Assembly: GCA_045615085.1 (NCBI GenBank)
Contig: JAZLEE010000042.1
Span: 1 to 31,518 of the forward strand
DNA: 31,518 bases
Source of the DNA: Candidatus Aphodosoma sp.
GTDB lineage: Bacteria; Bacteroidota; Bacteroidia; Bacteroidales; Paludibacteraceae
Reading direction: 5' to 3'
In this document: piece by piece, positions 20,034 to 26,731 of the stretch
Layout: each line of letters opens with the position of its first letter
How positions within the stretch are numbered: position 1 is the first letter of the stretch
Made by a program: the position numbers and the translations under genes
The notes under the pieces: model-generated
The model's input: the letters and a program-made list of their open reading frames with translations, nothing else
Database searches by the model: none
Told to the model about the DNA's origin: nothing

Positions 20034-20622
20034 TATACATTCTTAATATATCTATTGCCACCTGATTATTTCCGCCTTCGGGAATAATGATGTCGGCATA
20101 GCGTTTTGTTGGTTCAATAAATTGTAGGTGCATTGGTTTCAACACTCGCGTATAACGCTCCATAACTGCCTCTGCCGTACGTCCACGTTCTACCACATCT
20201 CGCGAAATCACACGTATCAATCGCTCATCTGGGTCAGCATCCACAAATATTTTCAAGTCCATTTGTTCGCGCAATTGTTCATCGCACAATGCCAATATCC
20301 CTTCCACTATTATCACTTTACGTGGTTCGATGTGGATTGTCTCTGGCTGACGCGTGCAAGTGATATACGAATAGGTTGGTTGCTCTATCGACTGACCTGC
20401 TTTCAACATTGCCAATTGTTCCGACATAAGCGACCATTCAAAAGCATCAGGATGGTCGAAATTTATCATCTGACGCTCTTCTACTGGCACATGACTGCTA
20501 TCTTTGTAGTACGAGTCTTGTGGCAATACCACCACTTCGCCCTCTGGCAAACTTTCTACTATTTTACGCACCACAGTCGTTTTACCCGACCCAGTGCCAC
20601 CTGCAATACCAATTACCAACAT
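20011..20622 (-). CDS. udk: Uridine kinase
   Basis: IGIAGGTGSGKTT, QDSYYKD, NFDHPDAF, IIVEGIL and KPMHLQFIEPTKRYADIIIP. Confidence 0.97.
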   Translation of the reverse strand: MLVIGIAGGTGSGKTTVVRKIVESLPEGEVVVLPQDSYYKDSSHVPVEERQMINFDHPDAFEWSLMSEQLAMLKAGQSIEQPTYSYITCTRQPETIHIEPRKVIIVEGILALCDEQLREQMDLKIFVDADPDERLIRVISRDVVERGRTAEAVMERYTRVLKPMHLQFIEPTKRYADIIIPEGGNNQVAIDILRMYIEKNLEK

Positions 20623-20625
20623 TTT

Positions 20626-20653
20626 GAATTGAGAATTGAAAATTGAGAATTAA
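20626..20653. repeat. Degenerate heptamer tandem array upstream of udk
   Basis: GAATTGA GAATTGA AAATTGA GAATTAA, read directly. Confidence 0.8.
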
Positions 20654-20752
20654 CAACTAACTGTTGATTTTTACTTTTAACGCTAATTATCAAAAATTAA
20701 TCATAAATATTTTAATGGTTAATTTATGAAAATTTGCATTCATAAAAGTCTT

Positions 20753-22045
20753 TTATTTCACACGAATCAAGAAATAATTTTTCTTGCCTTTTTGTACCAA
20801 CAAATATCTATCATTGAGCAATGCATCCACGCCAATCACTTGGTCTGGAGCCGTGAGTTTCTCTTTATTCACACTCACACCACCTGCTTGAATTGTTTTG
20901 CGCGCTTCACCTTTTGATGGGAACACTTGTGTCAATTCTGCCAACAATGTCAATGGTTGTACACCTGCCTCCAATGCCGAACGTTCGATTTCGAATTGAG
21001 GAACACCTTCAAACACAGCCAACAATGTCTCTTCGTCCAATTTACGCAACGCATCTGCAGTAGCATTACCAAACAATATTTTTGATGCTTCAACAGCTGC
21101 ATTGTAGTCCTCTTCCGAGTGTACCATGATTGTCACATCCTTAGCCAAACGTTGTTGCAATAAGCGCATATGAGGAGCTTCACGATGTTCTGCAATCAAT
21201 GCTTCACACTCTTCACGAGTGATATTTGTGAAGATTTTGATATATTTTTCAGCATCATTATCTGCTACATTCAACCAGAATTGGTAGAATTTGTATGACG
21301 AAGTATAGCGTTTATCCAACCAGATATTGCCACTTTCAGTTTTACCAAATTTACCACCATCTGCTTTAGTAATCAACGGACAAGTGAGAGCAAACGCATC
21401 ACCACCACCCATACGACGAATAAGTTCTGTACCTGTAGTGATATTACCCCATTGATCCGAACCACCCATTTGCAATTTACAGTTTTTGTTTTTGTTAAGA
21501 TATACATAGTCGTAACCTTGCAAAAGTTGGTAAGTAAATTCTGTGAACGACATACCAGCATTGAATTCGCCGTTCAAACGTTTTTTCACCGAGTCTTTCG
21601 CCATCATATAGTTCACAGTGATCAATTTACCCACATTACGAGCAAAATCCAAGAAAGTGAACTCTTTCATCCAATCATAGTTATTCACCAATTCAGCCGC
21701 ATTTGGTGCGTCAGAATGGAAATCCAAAAATTTCTCCAATTGCGCTTTGATAGCCTCTTGGTTGTGACGAAGTGTAGCCTCATCCAATAGGTTACGTTCA
21801 GCCGATTTACCCGAAGGGTCGCCAATCATACCAGTAGCACCACCCACCAACGCAATAGGTTTGTGACCACAACGTTGGAAGTGACGCAACATCATCACAC
21901 CACACAAGTGACCAATATGCAACGAATCTGCCGTAGGGTCAATGCCCAAATAAGCAGTTGTCATCTCTTTATTCAATTGTTCCTCAGTGCCAGGCATCAT
22001 ATCCTGCACCATACCTCTCCATGTAAGTTCTTCTACAAAATTCAT
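20753..22045 (-). CDS. tyrS: Tyrosine--tRNA ligase
   Basis: [15 protein letters not shown] (HIGH), [27 protein letters not shown] and a C-terminal S4 domain. Confidence 0.98.
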   Translation of the reverse strand: MNFVEELTWRGMVQDMMPGTEEQLNKEMTTAYLGIDPTADSLHIGHLCGVMMLRHFQRCGHKPIALVGGATGMIGDPSGKSAERNLLDEATLRHNQEAIKAQLEKFLDFHSDAPNAAELVNNYDWMKEFTFLDFARNVGKLITVNYMMAKDSVKKRLNGEFNAGMSFTEFTYQLLQGYDYVYLNKNKNCKLQMGGSDQWGNITTGTELIRRMGGGDAFALTCPLITKADGGKFGKTESGNIWLDKRYTSSYKFYQFWLNVADNDAEKYIKIFTNITREECEALIAEHREAPHMRLLQQRLAKDVTIMVHSEEDYNAAVEASKILFGNATADALRKLDEETLLAVFEGVPQFEIERSALEAGVQPLTLLAELTQVFPSKGEARKTIQAGGVSVNKEKLTAPDQVIGVDALLNDRYLLVQKGKKNYFLIRVK

Positions 22046-22157
22046 AATATTTTCGTTTAGACATTATTATTTTCGCTTTACTCAAGATTTTTGCTCCGTT
22101 CAGCATAACTCAAGCAAGCTTGGTTCTGCACTCACTAAACGCAAAAATTCCAATTTG

Positions 22158-22189
22158 CAAAGTTACAAAAAAATACTCACAACCGCAAA
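22158..22189 (-). promoter_or_regulatory. Bacteroidota promoter for tyrS
   Basis: Minus strand TTTG (22189-22186), 20-nt spacer, TAACTTTG (22165-22158). Confidence 0.72.
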
Positions 22190-22228
22190 TTTTACACACA
22201 AAAAACCACACAAAATTATAATTTTCTC

Positions 22229-22265
22229 AAAAAAAATCGCACCCTAAAACTTTAAGGTACGACTA
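22229..22265 (-). terminator. Intrinsic terminator of the lipoprotein gene
   Basis: The minus-strand RNA AGUCGUACCUUAAA...UUUAGGGUGCGAUU forms a long stem using G-U pairs (which work only in this orientation), followed by a U run of about 8 nt. Confidence 0.75.
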
Positions 22266-22278
22266 TCAAAATCTATTT

Positions 22279-22899
22279 TCAATCTTCACAATCTATCTCT
22301 CCAATTATAAACAACTCTCGAATTTTGTTTTCTAATCGTTTAAAATATTTTTCATCAAAAACAAGATAAGAATTTCTCACAGACTTGCTATTAGATTTTT
22401 TCACAGTTATCGATTGTCTCTCAGGAACATGCCATCCAAAAGACAAAGTTGGTTTATTTTCTCGAAACATCTCTTCCGTATAAATACTTCGTCTATACTC
22501 CATCGCATTTCTAACACTATCTTGAGTAAGACTATCATAAGGTACACTCGAACGATACTCAACATTGCCAAAAGTATATAAAAGAGAATTATACGACACT
22601 GAAGCACTGTCATAACTATGTATATAAGACCAATAATCTGTTTCTGGAGGAAAATGAATACTTCTTGTATGCGTAGAGCAATAACCAGAATAAACAGTAT
22701 GCCAATAAATAGTATCATTTGTATTCAACTCATACTTAAACACTTCACCATCCTTAAACAATTCTAATGTCACACTCTCATCTAATGTATTGCAAAAATA
22801 CAAATGCTCAGTAGTATCAACCTCTCTATGTCCTATTCCCCCTTCACATCCAACAAACAATATTAAACACGAAGCCAACAAATAATAAATTCGTTTCAT
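22279..22899 (-). CDS. Hypothetical lipoprotein
   Basis: MKRIYYLLASCLILFVG-C is a basic/hydrophobic signal with a lipobox Cys at position 18. The gene has its own promoter and terminator. I do not recognise a domain. Confidence 0.72.
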   Translation of the reverse strand: MKRIYYLLASCLILFVGCEGGIGHREVDTTEHLYFCNTLDESVTLELFKDGEVFKYELNTNDTIYWHTVYSGYCSTHTRSIHFPPETDYWSYIHSYDSASVSYNSLLYTFGNVEYRSSVPYDSLTQDSVRNAMEYRRSIYTEEMFRENKPTLSFGWHVPERQSITVKKSNSKSVRNSYLVFDEKYFKRLENKIRELFIIGEIDCED

Positions 22900-22969
22900 A
22901 ACAACCTCCTTATTTTATTAATACAAACAAAACAAAAACTACAAAACAATCACCCATCAAATCACGACG

Positions 22970-23002
22970 CAAATATAACACTTTTTTTTTTTTACGAGCA
23001 AA
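22970..23002 (-). promoter_or_regulatory. Bacteroidota promoter for the lipoprotein gene, with an A12 tract in the spacer
   Basis: Minus strand TTTG (23002-22999), 21-nt spacer containing the T12 run at 22982-22993 (plus strand), then TATATTTG (22977-22970). Confidence 0.62.
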
Positions 23003-23059
23003 CATTTTTCAATGTTTTTTTCTTTAATATACAGATTCCGAAAAAATCACACTCTAAAC

Positions 23060-23986
23060 CTAAGGTATTGCCAACAAATACCTCCTTCTAAGATACTCAA
23101 CCCAATCTGCACAAGCCTCAATATCAATATATTTTTCCAACAAATCAAACAACTCTTCATATGTCAACGCCACAAAAGACCGTTGCCCTACTTCCGAAAG
23201 CAATTCTTTGTATTTTGGCATAGCATCTTCGCTGAAATGAACATTCGCTTGTAGATAAAGTGTTACACTCGTAAATTTCTTTATATCACCATTCAACACC
23301 ATTGATGCTCCCAAAATATGATTACGCCATATCTGTCTAAACTTATTCGAAATCAACACATCATGTGTCGTATCATCACGATAATAACCACTTTCAACCG
23401 TCGCTTTCAAATAATTCAAAAACAGACAAGTTTCGCCTGTCGTTTCATTTTTCACACGCTTATATTCTCTTGTATTTTTCTTCAACAAATACTCCTTTTC
23501 CGTATATTTCACCTCTATCCCAATTCCTCCTGGTCTATTTTTCGTATCTATGTAAGAAATATAAACATCAAAAGCTGTATAATCATCCAAATATTCCACA
23601 CGTGGTTCTGGATGATGTTCTATACGAATATCACAAACCTTTACTATCTCATCACATCCCAAAATAGCATTAAACAATCCCACACAACCCTCTTTGTCTT
23701 TTCTCAACGGAAAGAAAATATTATAGGGTATATGCTCGCTTCTCAACAAATTTGGCAACATTTGCCCACTTGGTTTCGACGATGTTGGCAACACAGGCTT
23801 TTTCAACTCTTCTAAAATCTCCCCCCTAAATTTTTCATAAAAAATCAATCCTTTTTTAGCATCACTATATTTCAACACATTCGGATAATTGTGACAACCA
23901 ACACCTAATTCATTCTCTCTAAATTTAATTTGATGTTCTCGCGCTTTTCGTTTAAATTCGGCATAACTCATTTGCTTTTTCATCAT
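23060..23986 (-). CDS. Putative PD-(D/E)XK restriction-endonuclease-fold protein (resembles the PGN_0703-type family)
   Basis: NLLRSEHIPYNIFFPL, IRIEH, DDYTAFD (D140), GIEVKYTE (E158-x-K160) and RQIWRNH. The family assignment is from recall and has not been checked with an HMM. Confidence 0.7.
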   Translation of the reverse strand: MMKKQMSYAEFKRKAREHQIKFRENELGVGCHNYPNVLKYSDAKKGLIFYEKFRGEILEELKKPVLPTSSKPSGQMLPNLLRSEHIPYNIFFPLRKDKEGCVGLFNAILGCDEIVKVCDIRIEHHPEPRVEYLDDYTAFDVYISYIDTKNRPGGIGIEVKYTEKEYLLKKNTREYKRVKNETTGETCLFLNYLKATVESGYYRDDTTHDVLISNKFRQIWRNHILGASMVLNGDIKKFTSVTLYLQANVHFSEDAMPKYKELLSEVGQRSFVALTYEELFDLLEKYIDIEACADWVEYLRRRYLLAIP

Positions 23987-24022
23987 CTTTATACTCCTTT
24001 ATTTTTCCAATTATTCAACATG

Positions 24023-24030
24023 CAAATATA
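24023..24030 (-). promoter_or_regulatory. Possible -7 promoter element for the nuclease gene
   Basis: TATATTTG on the minus strand, 36 nt upstream of the ATG. There is no clean -33 TTTG at the normal spacing. Confidence 0.45.
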
Positions 24031-24069
24031 CAAAAAATTTCTTAACATAAACATCCCCACTCACCAAAA

Positions 24070-24094
24070 GTAGAGACGCAAAATTTTGCGTCTC
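24070..24094. repeat. GTAG-tagged REP-like perfect palindrome
   Basis: GTA followed by GAGACGCAAAA|TTTTGCGTCTC, a perfect 22-bp palindrome at 24073-24094. Confidence 0.75.
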
Positions 24095-24362
24095 CAACAA
24101 CAAAAATCCACCATCAAAAAAACACCCTCTAAAATACAATAACCACCTCCCTGCCCTAAATATACTATACAGCGACCTTCAAACAACCTTCACCCTATCT
24201 CTGCACCCCTCACTAAAATACAATAAGCCCCCCCAAAAACACATCCTATATCCTTCCAAAAATTACTTCTCTCTCCTCTCTATAACCACTACAGTTTCTA
24301 TAGTCACTATCCCCCCATTACAAAACCTAAACTAAAACTCTTTGAGATTTTAATCAAAAAAT

Positions 24363-24393
24363 TTTGAATTATGAATTAAAATAACTATCTTTG
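24363..24393 (+). promoter_or_regulatory. Bacteroidota promoter for recR
   Basis: TTTG (24363-24366), 19-nt spacer, TATCTTTG (24386-24393). Confidence 0.7.
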
Positions 24394-24403
24394 CATCTTA
24401 ATT

Positions 24404-25015
24404 ATGCAACAAAAATACCCCTCACAACTACTTGAAAATGCGGTAAATGCATTCGCTTCACTGCCTGGTATCGGACGCAAATCTGCGCTCCGCATGGCAT
24501 TGCACATTCTACGCCAAGGCCCTGCAAATGCCAACAAATTCATCTCTGCTATCAGCGAAATGAGCGAAAACATTCAATATTGCGAAGAGTGTCACAACAT
24601 TTCCGACCAACCTGTTTGCGAAATCTGCTCCGACCCTCGTCGCGACCAATCTACCATCTGCGTTGTGGAAACTATCAAAGAGGTGATGCTAATCGAAAAC
24701 ACATCGCAATATCATGGTGTATATCATGTACTAGGCGGCGTCATTTCGCCAATGAATGGCATTTCGCCAACCGACCTCGAAATTGCTTCGCTCATCGAAC
24801 GCATCGAACAAGGCAACATCAAAGAGGTAATTCTCGCCCTTAGCCCTAACATGGAAGGCGACACAACCTCATTCTACATCTATCGCAAATTAGCTCATTT
24901 ACCAGTGACTATCACCACTATAGCACGTGGTGTAGCCGTAGGCGACGACCTCGAATATGCCGACGAAATCACCCTCGGTCGCTCAATCATCAACCGCGTA
25001 AATTACAAAAGTTAA
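24404..25015 (+). CDS. recR: Recombination mediator RecR
   Basis: LPGIGRKSALRMALHIL (HhH), CEECHNISDQPVCEIC (zinc finger), ICVVE...YHVLGGVISPM (Toprim) and IARGVAVGDDLEYADEITL. Confidence 0.97.
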   Translation: MQQKYPSQLLENAVNAFASLPGIGRKSALRMALHILRQGPANANKFISAISEMSENIQYCEECHNISDQPVCEICSDPRRDQSTICVVETIKEVMLIENTSQYHGVYHVLGGVISPMNGISPTDLEIASLIERIEQGNIKEVILALSPNMEGDTTSFYIYRKLAHLPVTITTIARGVAVGDDLEYADEITLGRSIINRVNYKS

Positions 25016-25092
25016 ATCACTAATAATTATTCACTTATATTTCTGAGTATCGCAGAAATCAACAACAAAATTATTAATTCTCAATTATAATC

Positions 25093-25572
25093 ATGACTCA
25101 TCCAAAACATCTACTAACTCCTTGCTACTACGTATGCCTATTGCTCACTATTGTTGCAGCAATGGTAGGTTATCATTTCGTATACCACAAAGGTCTATTT
25201 TTTGCTGGCGACAGCCCAATATCAACCACCTACTACACTATCGTGCTTTGGTACGTAATCATCACATTGCCACTCTCACTCAAAGGTTTTAGTCTCGGCA
25301 TTAAACGACTAAAAAAATTTCCTGACGATGGCACTCGCGAATACTACTACAAAACATATGCTATCATTCGCATGATGGTTATCACTCTCGGTCTCGTTGC
25401 CTCTATTCTTGGTTTCTACATATTCCAAGTAAAACACCTATTCTGGTTGGCCGGCATCTGCATTATCGGATTAATTTTCTCAAAACCAACCAAAAAACGC
25501 ATCGACACCGACCTCACACCTCTCACTCCAACCGAAGAACCTGAAAGTGATGATATAAAAAACGAAAATTAA
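25093..25572 (+). CDS. Hypothetical membrane protein (about 4 TM helices)
   Basis: Four hydrophobic segments and an acidic C-terminal tail. Codon usage resembles the neighbouring plus-strand genes. Confidence 0.7.
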   Translation: MTHPKHLLTPCYYVCLLLTIVAAMVGYHFVYHKGLFFAGDSPISTTYYTIVLWYVIITLPLSLKGFSLGIKRLKKFPDDGTREYYYKTYAIIRMMVITLGLVASILGFYIFQVKHLFWLAGICIIGLIFSKPTKKRIDTDLTPLTPTEEPESDDIKNEN

Positions 25573-25614
25573 TCTAATAACTAGTAGTCAATCTCACTAC
25601 TAAAAATCTAAAAT

Positions 25615-26040
25615 ATGGTAATAGCAGTAGATTTTGATGGCACAATCGTAGAACATGCCTACCCTGCCATCGGCAAACCAATACCTTTTGCAATTGACGT
25701 GCTCAAACGCTTACAAATAGAATGCCACCATCAACTAATACTATGGACAGTACGCGAAGGTGAATTACTCGACGAAGCAGTTGAATATTGTCGCGAACGC
25801 GGACTCGAATTCTATGCCGTCAACAAAAACTATCCCGAGGAAGTGTGGGACAACACTACTCCACGCAAACTCACTGCCGACATGTGGATTGACGACCGCA
25901 ACCTTGGCGGACTACCCGATTGGGGCATCATCTATCGCATGATTAAATTCAACGAATCGTCAGCCGATGCAGCCCGCTACCTCGGCAATCAACCCGAAGA
26001 ACAAAAAAAGAAAGGTTTCTTTTCTTTCTTAAGAAAATAA
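25615..26040 (+). CDS. BT0820-like HAD-superfamily phosphatase
   Basis: IAVDFDGTIVEH (DxD motif), LILWTVRE, AVNKNYPEE and RKLTADMWIDDRNLGGLPDWG. Confidence 0.88.
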   Translation: MVIAVDFDGTIVEHAYPAIGKPIPFAIDVLKRLQIECHHQLILWTVREGELLDEAVEYCRERGLEFYAVNKNYPEEVWDNTTPRKLTADMWIDDRNLGGLPDWGIIYRMIKFNESSADAARYLGNQPEEQKKKGFFSFLRK

Positions 26041-26050
26041 TTATCAATCA

Positions 26051-26101
26051 GAGTCAGAAGTTAACTCCTAACTCCTAACTCCTAACTCCTAACTAATTAT
26101 G
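26051..26101 (+). repeat. GAGTCAGAAG + (TAACTCC)x4 + TAACTAATT-ATG element
   Basis: Four exact TAACTCC units at 26062-26089 run into the DUF4293 start codon. Confidence 0.85.
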
Positions 26102-26569
26102 ATTCAACGTATTCAAACTCTCTATCTACTCATCGTAGTGGTAGCTATGAGCCTCACTCTTTCCCTCCCTTCAATGCGTGCTATTTCACCAGAAGGCATC
26201 GACTTTGCATTCTCTAACCTCCGCGGACTCTTCCAAGTCGAACAAGGTGGTTTCAACATTACTGGTGTCACTATGTGGCTATTATTCACCAACATCATTA
26301 TCCTCATCGTTTCACTACTCACTATCTTTACATACAAATGGCGTGTTATTCAAATGCGTCTTTCATCGTTCAATATGGTGCTACTCGTGGGTTATTATGC
26401 TATCTTCTTCTTCACTCGCTATGTGATTCTCGAACAAAATGCAATGGAAAGCACAACCCTTTGTTGGCCAATTGTATTGCCACTTATTAGTGCAATACTC
26501 ACATACCTTGCCCTCCGCGCAATTGCCAAAGACGAAGCTCTCGTACGCTCACTCAACCGTCTCCGTTAA
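26099..26569 (+). CDS. DUF4293 family membrane protein
   Basis: MIQRIQTLYLL start, IFTYKWRVIQMRL and a LAL.AIAKDEALVRSLNRLR end. Confidence 0.9.
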   Translation: MIQRIQTLYLLIVVVAMSLTLSLPSMRAISPEGIDFAFSNLRGLFQVEQGGFNITGVTMWLLFTNIIILIVSLLTIFTYKWRVIQMRLSSFNMVLLVGYYAIFFFTRYVILEQNAMESTTLCWPIVLPLISAILTYLALRAIAKDEALVRSLNRLR

Positions 26570-26678
26570 TATCCGTAAAAAACTCTGTTCTTTTATTTTT
26601 GCATTCTAAATCAATCCCAATAGTATACGCAGCATAAAAATCTGTGTAACCTGTGGAAGAAAAAATATCAAACTAAAT

Positions 26679-26720
26679 AAAAAAAGAAGCTGTGTCAAAT
26701 CTGACACAGCTTCTTTTTTT
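26679..26720. terminator. Bidirectional terminator between DUF4293 and the putative porin
   Basis: AAAAAAAGAAGCTGTGTCA (26679-26697) pairs perfectly with TGACACAGCTTCTTTTTTT (26702-26720) around a 4-nt loop. Confidence 0.9.
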
Positions 26721-26731
26721 TACCATTATTC

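Noticed and set aside
19362-20646. Plus-strand ORFs of 158 aa and 172 aa opposite the SLT and udk genes
   Set aside because: Antisense shadows with no family signal.
20723-20746. TTTATGAA/TTCATAAA inverted repeat after tyrS
   Set aside because: All-AT-rich 8-bp stem that is too weak to call a terminator. Read-through from tyrS into udk remains plausible.
23318-23815. 165-aa plus-strand ORF (and the 100-aa ORF at 23365-23667) opposite the nuclease
   Set aside because: Antisense shadow of an AT-rich gene, with Ile/Phe-rich composition and no promoter or motif. I considered it as an antitoxin but found no support.
24129-24226. Possible mini-CRISPR from the 14-bp direct repeat with a 70-bp spacer
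   Set aside because: Only two copies, the repeat is too short and non-palindromic, the spacer is too long, and no cas genes are present.
24125-24316. G-quadruplex potential from G runs on the minus strand
   Set aside because: The loops between runs are mostly far longer than canonical, so four closely spaced G3 tracts are not present.
25039-25059. ATTTCTG/CAGAAAT hairpin after recR
   Set aside because: Weak 7-bp AT-rich stem without a U-tract, so not supportable as a terminator.
26639-26656. AATCTGTGT AACCTGTGG nonamer pair
   Set aside because: It resembles TCTGTG-type short repeats, but two degenerate units are too few to call.
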